From the NCBI RefSeq assembly GCF_006345805.1, contig NC_043001.1, positions 99,014,001 through 99,078,000 on the forward strand: DNA of 64,000 nt. The letters are read 5' to 3'. Source of the DNA: Octopus sinensis. Lineage: Eukaryota. Positions 63,016 to 64,000 of this stretch are shown piece after piece. The notes below the pieces were generated by a model. The model worked only from the letters and a program-made list of their open reading frames with translations, was not told where the DNA came from and did no database searches. How positions within the stretch are numbered: the first letter of the stretch is position 1; each line of letters opens with the position of its first letter. A program made the translations under genes and the position numbers.

Positions 63016-64000
63016 TATAAATACCATTGCACAAAACGCTTGCCTCTTGAATTACTAACTTTTGTTGATTAAATAAACGTATGTGTATGCATATAATATA
63101 TATTTATATATATGTAAATATGTGTTTATATTTATATATTTATATGATGTCTATTATACATACATACATATATATGAATATGCTTATTATATATATATAT
63201 AGCATGTGCATGTTTGTGCATATATGTAAGCTGTCAGTTTTTACAACTTTATTTTTGCTCATAGAACTGCATAACATTTAACTGATGAGTCAACCCAGCC
63301 ATAGATGTACATCTGATATGTATTAGTAGATATGTAGGTTGTCTGCTAGCCTTGTGTTCTTCACTGCAAAGTTTACAATAAATTGTCTACTTATATATTG
63401 GAGCAGGGAGCATCTGCATGGTTGCTTGACCTGCTAGAAATAGCAGGGAAATTATGCTTAATCATTCTCTACCAATGGATATATTTGCATAACACCATTT
63501 GGTGCACACTGTCAGAGAGATATCAGTAATATTTATGAGTGTATGCATGTGTATGTATTTGTATGTTCATAAATATATATATGTGTGTATGTACACATAC
63601 ATATCTATATATGTATTTACACACACACACACACACATATACTCACGCACACTTATGATGGGATGGATTTCCAAGCATCTTCTCGTTACCAATTCTGTTA
63701 ATAAGGTTTTGATTGGCCTGCAGCTTTTATAGAGATGCCACACAGTAGGACTGAATCTGAAACCACATGGATGGGAAGCAAATTACATAACCACACATCT
63801 ATAGCACTTTTCAAAACAGACCTCTTATATATGATAGCCAATATACATTTTCATAAGCACATTAATTACTTTCAAAATTAACATATTTTTGATATCAAAG
63901 ATTTATAGAATTCTAAAAACATTTTTATTTTCTCCATTAAAACTAGTATCTTATATGAAGTTGAAAATAACATAAATACTGAACTACATAATAAAAACAT

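Overview
AT-rich, repeat-dense eukaryotic DNA. The SINE, LINE and microsatellite repertoire looks like an octopus or other cephalopod (inference, not verified). One host gene is well supported: a minus-strand Rho GDP-dissociation inhibitor (RhoGDI) with four coding exons (26478-26280, 19933-19850, 16953-16813, 14773-14577). The CDS is 621 nt (206 aa) and all three introns are GT-AG, phase 1. I also found a frame-preserving 12-nt candidate microexon (20083-20072) and two candidate upstream exons (48161-48102, 47532-47498) that would splice in frame across a ~21 kb intron. The rest is mostly decayed mobile DNA: RTE-type LINEs with a PHD-like finger inside the RT region, CR1-like fragments, two Penelope-like elements (PLEs), a rearranged mariner, Helitron-like elements, TTAA-flanked MITEs and tRNA-derived SINEs. 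The most unusual signal is seven hammerhead-ribozyme-like motifs in three structural classes. These include a family with a long covarying helix II, and a ~450-bp palindrome of two back-to-back tRNA-head plus hammerhead units at the 3' end of a PLE inside a RhoGDI intron. No CRISPR array, rRNA or intact tRNA gene is supported. All alignments and folds were done by eye.
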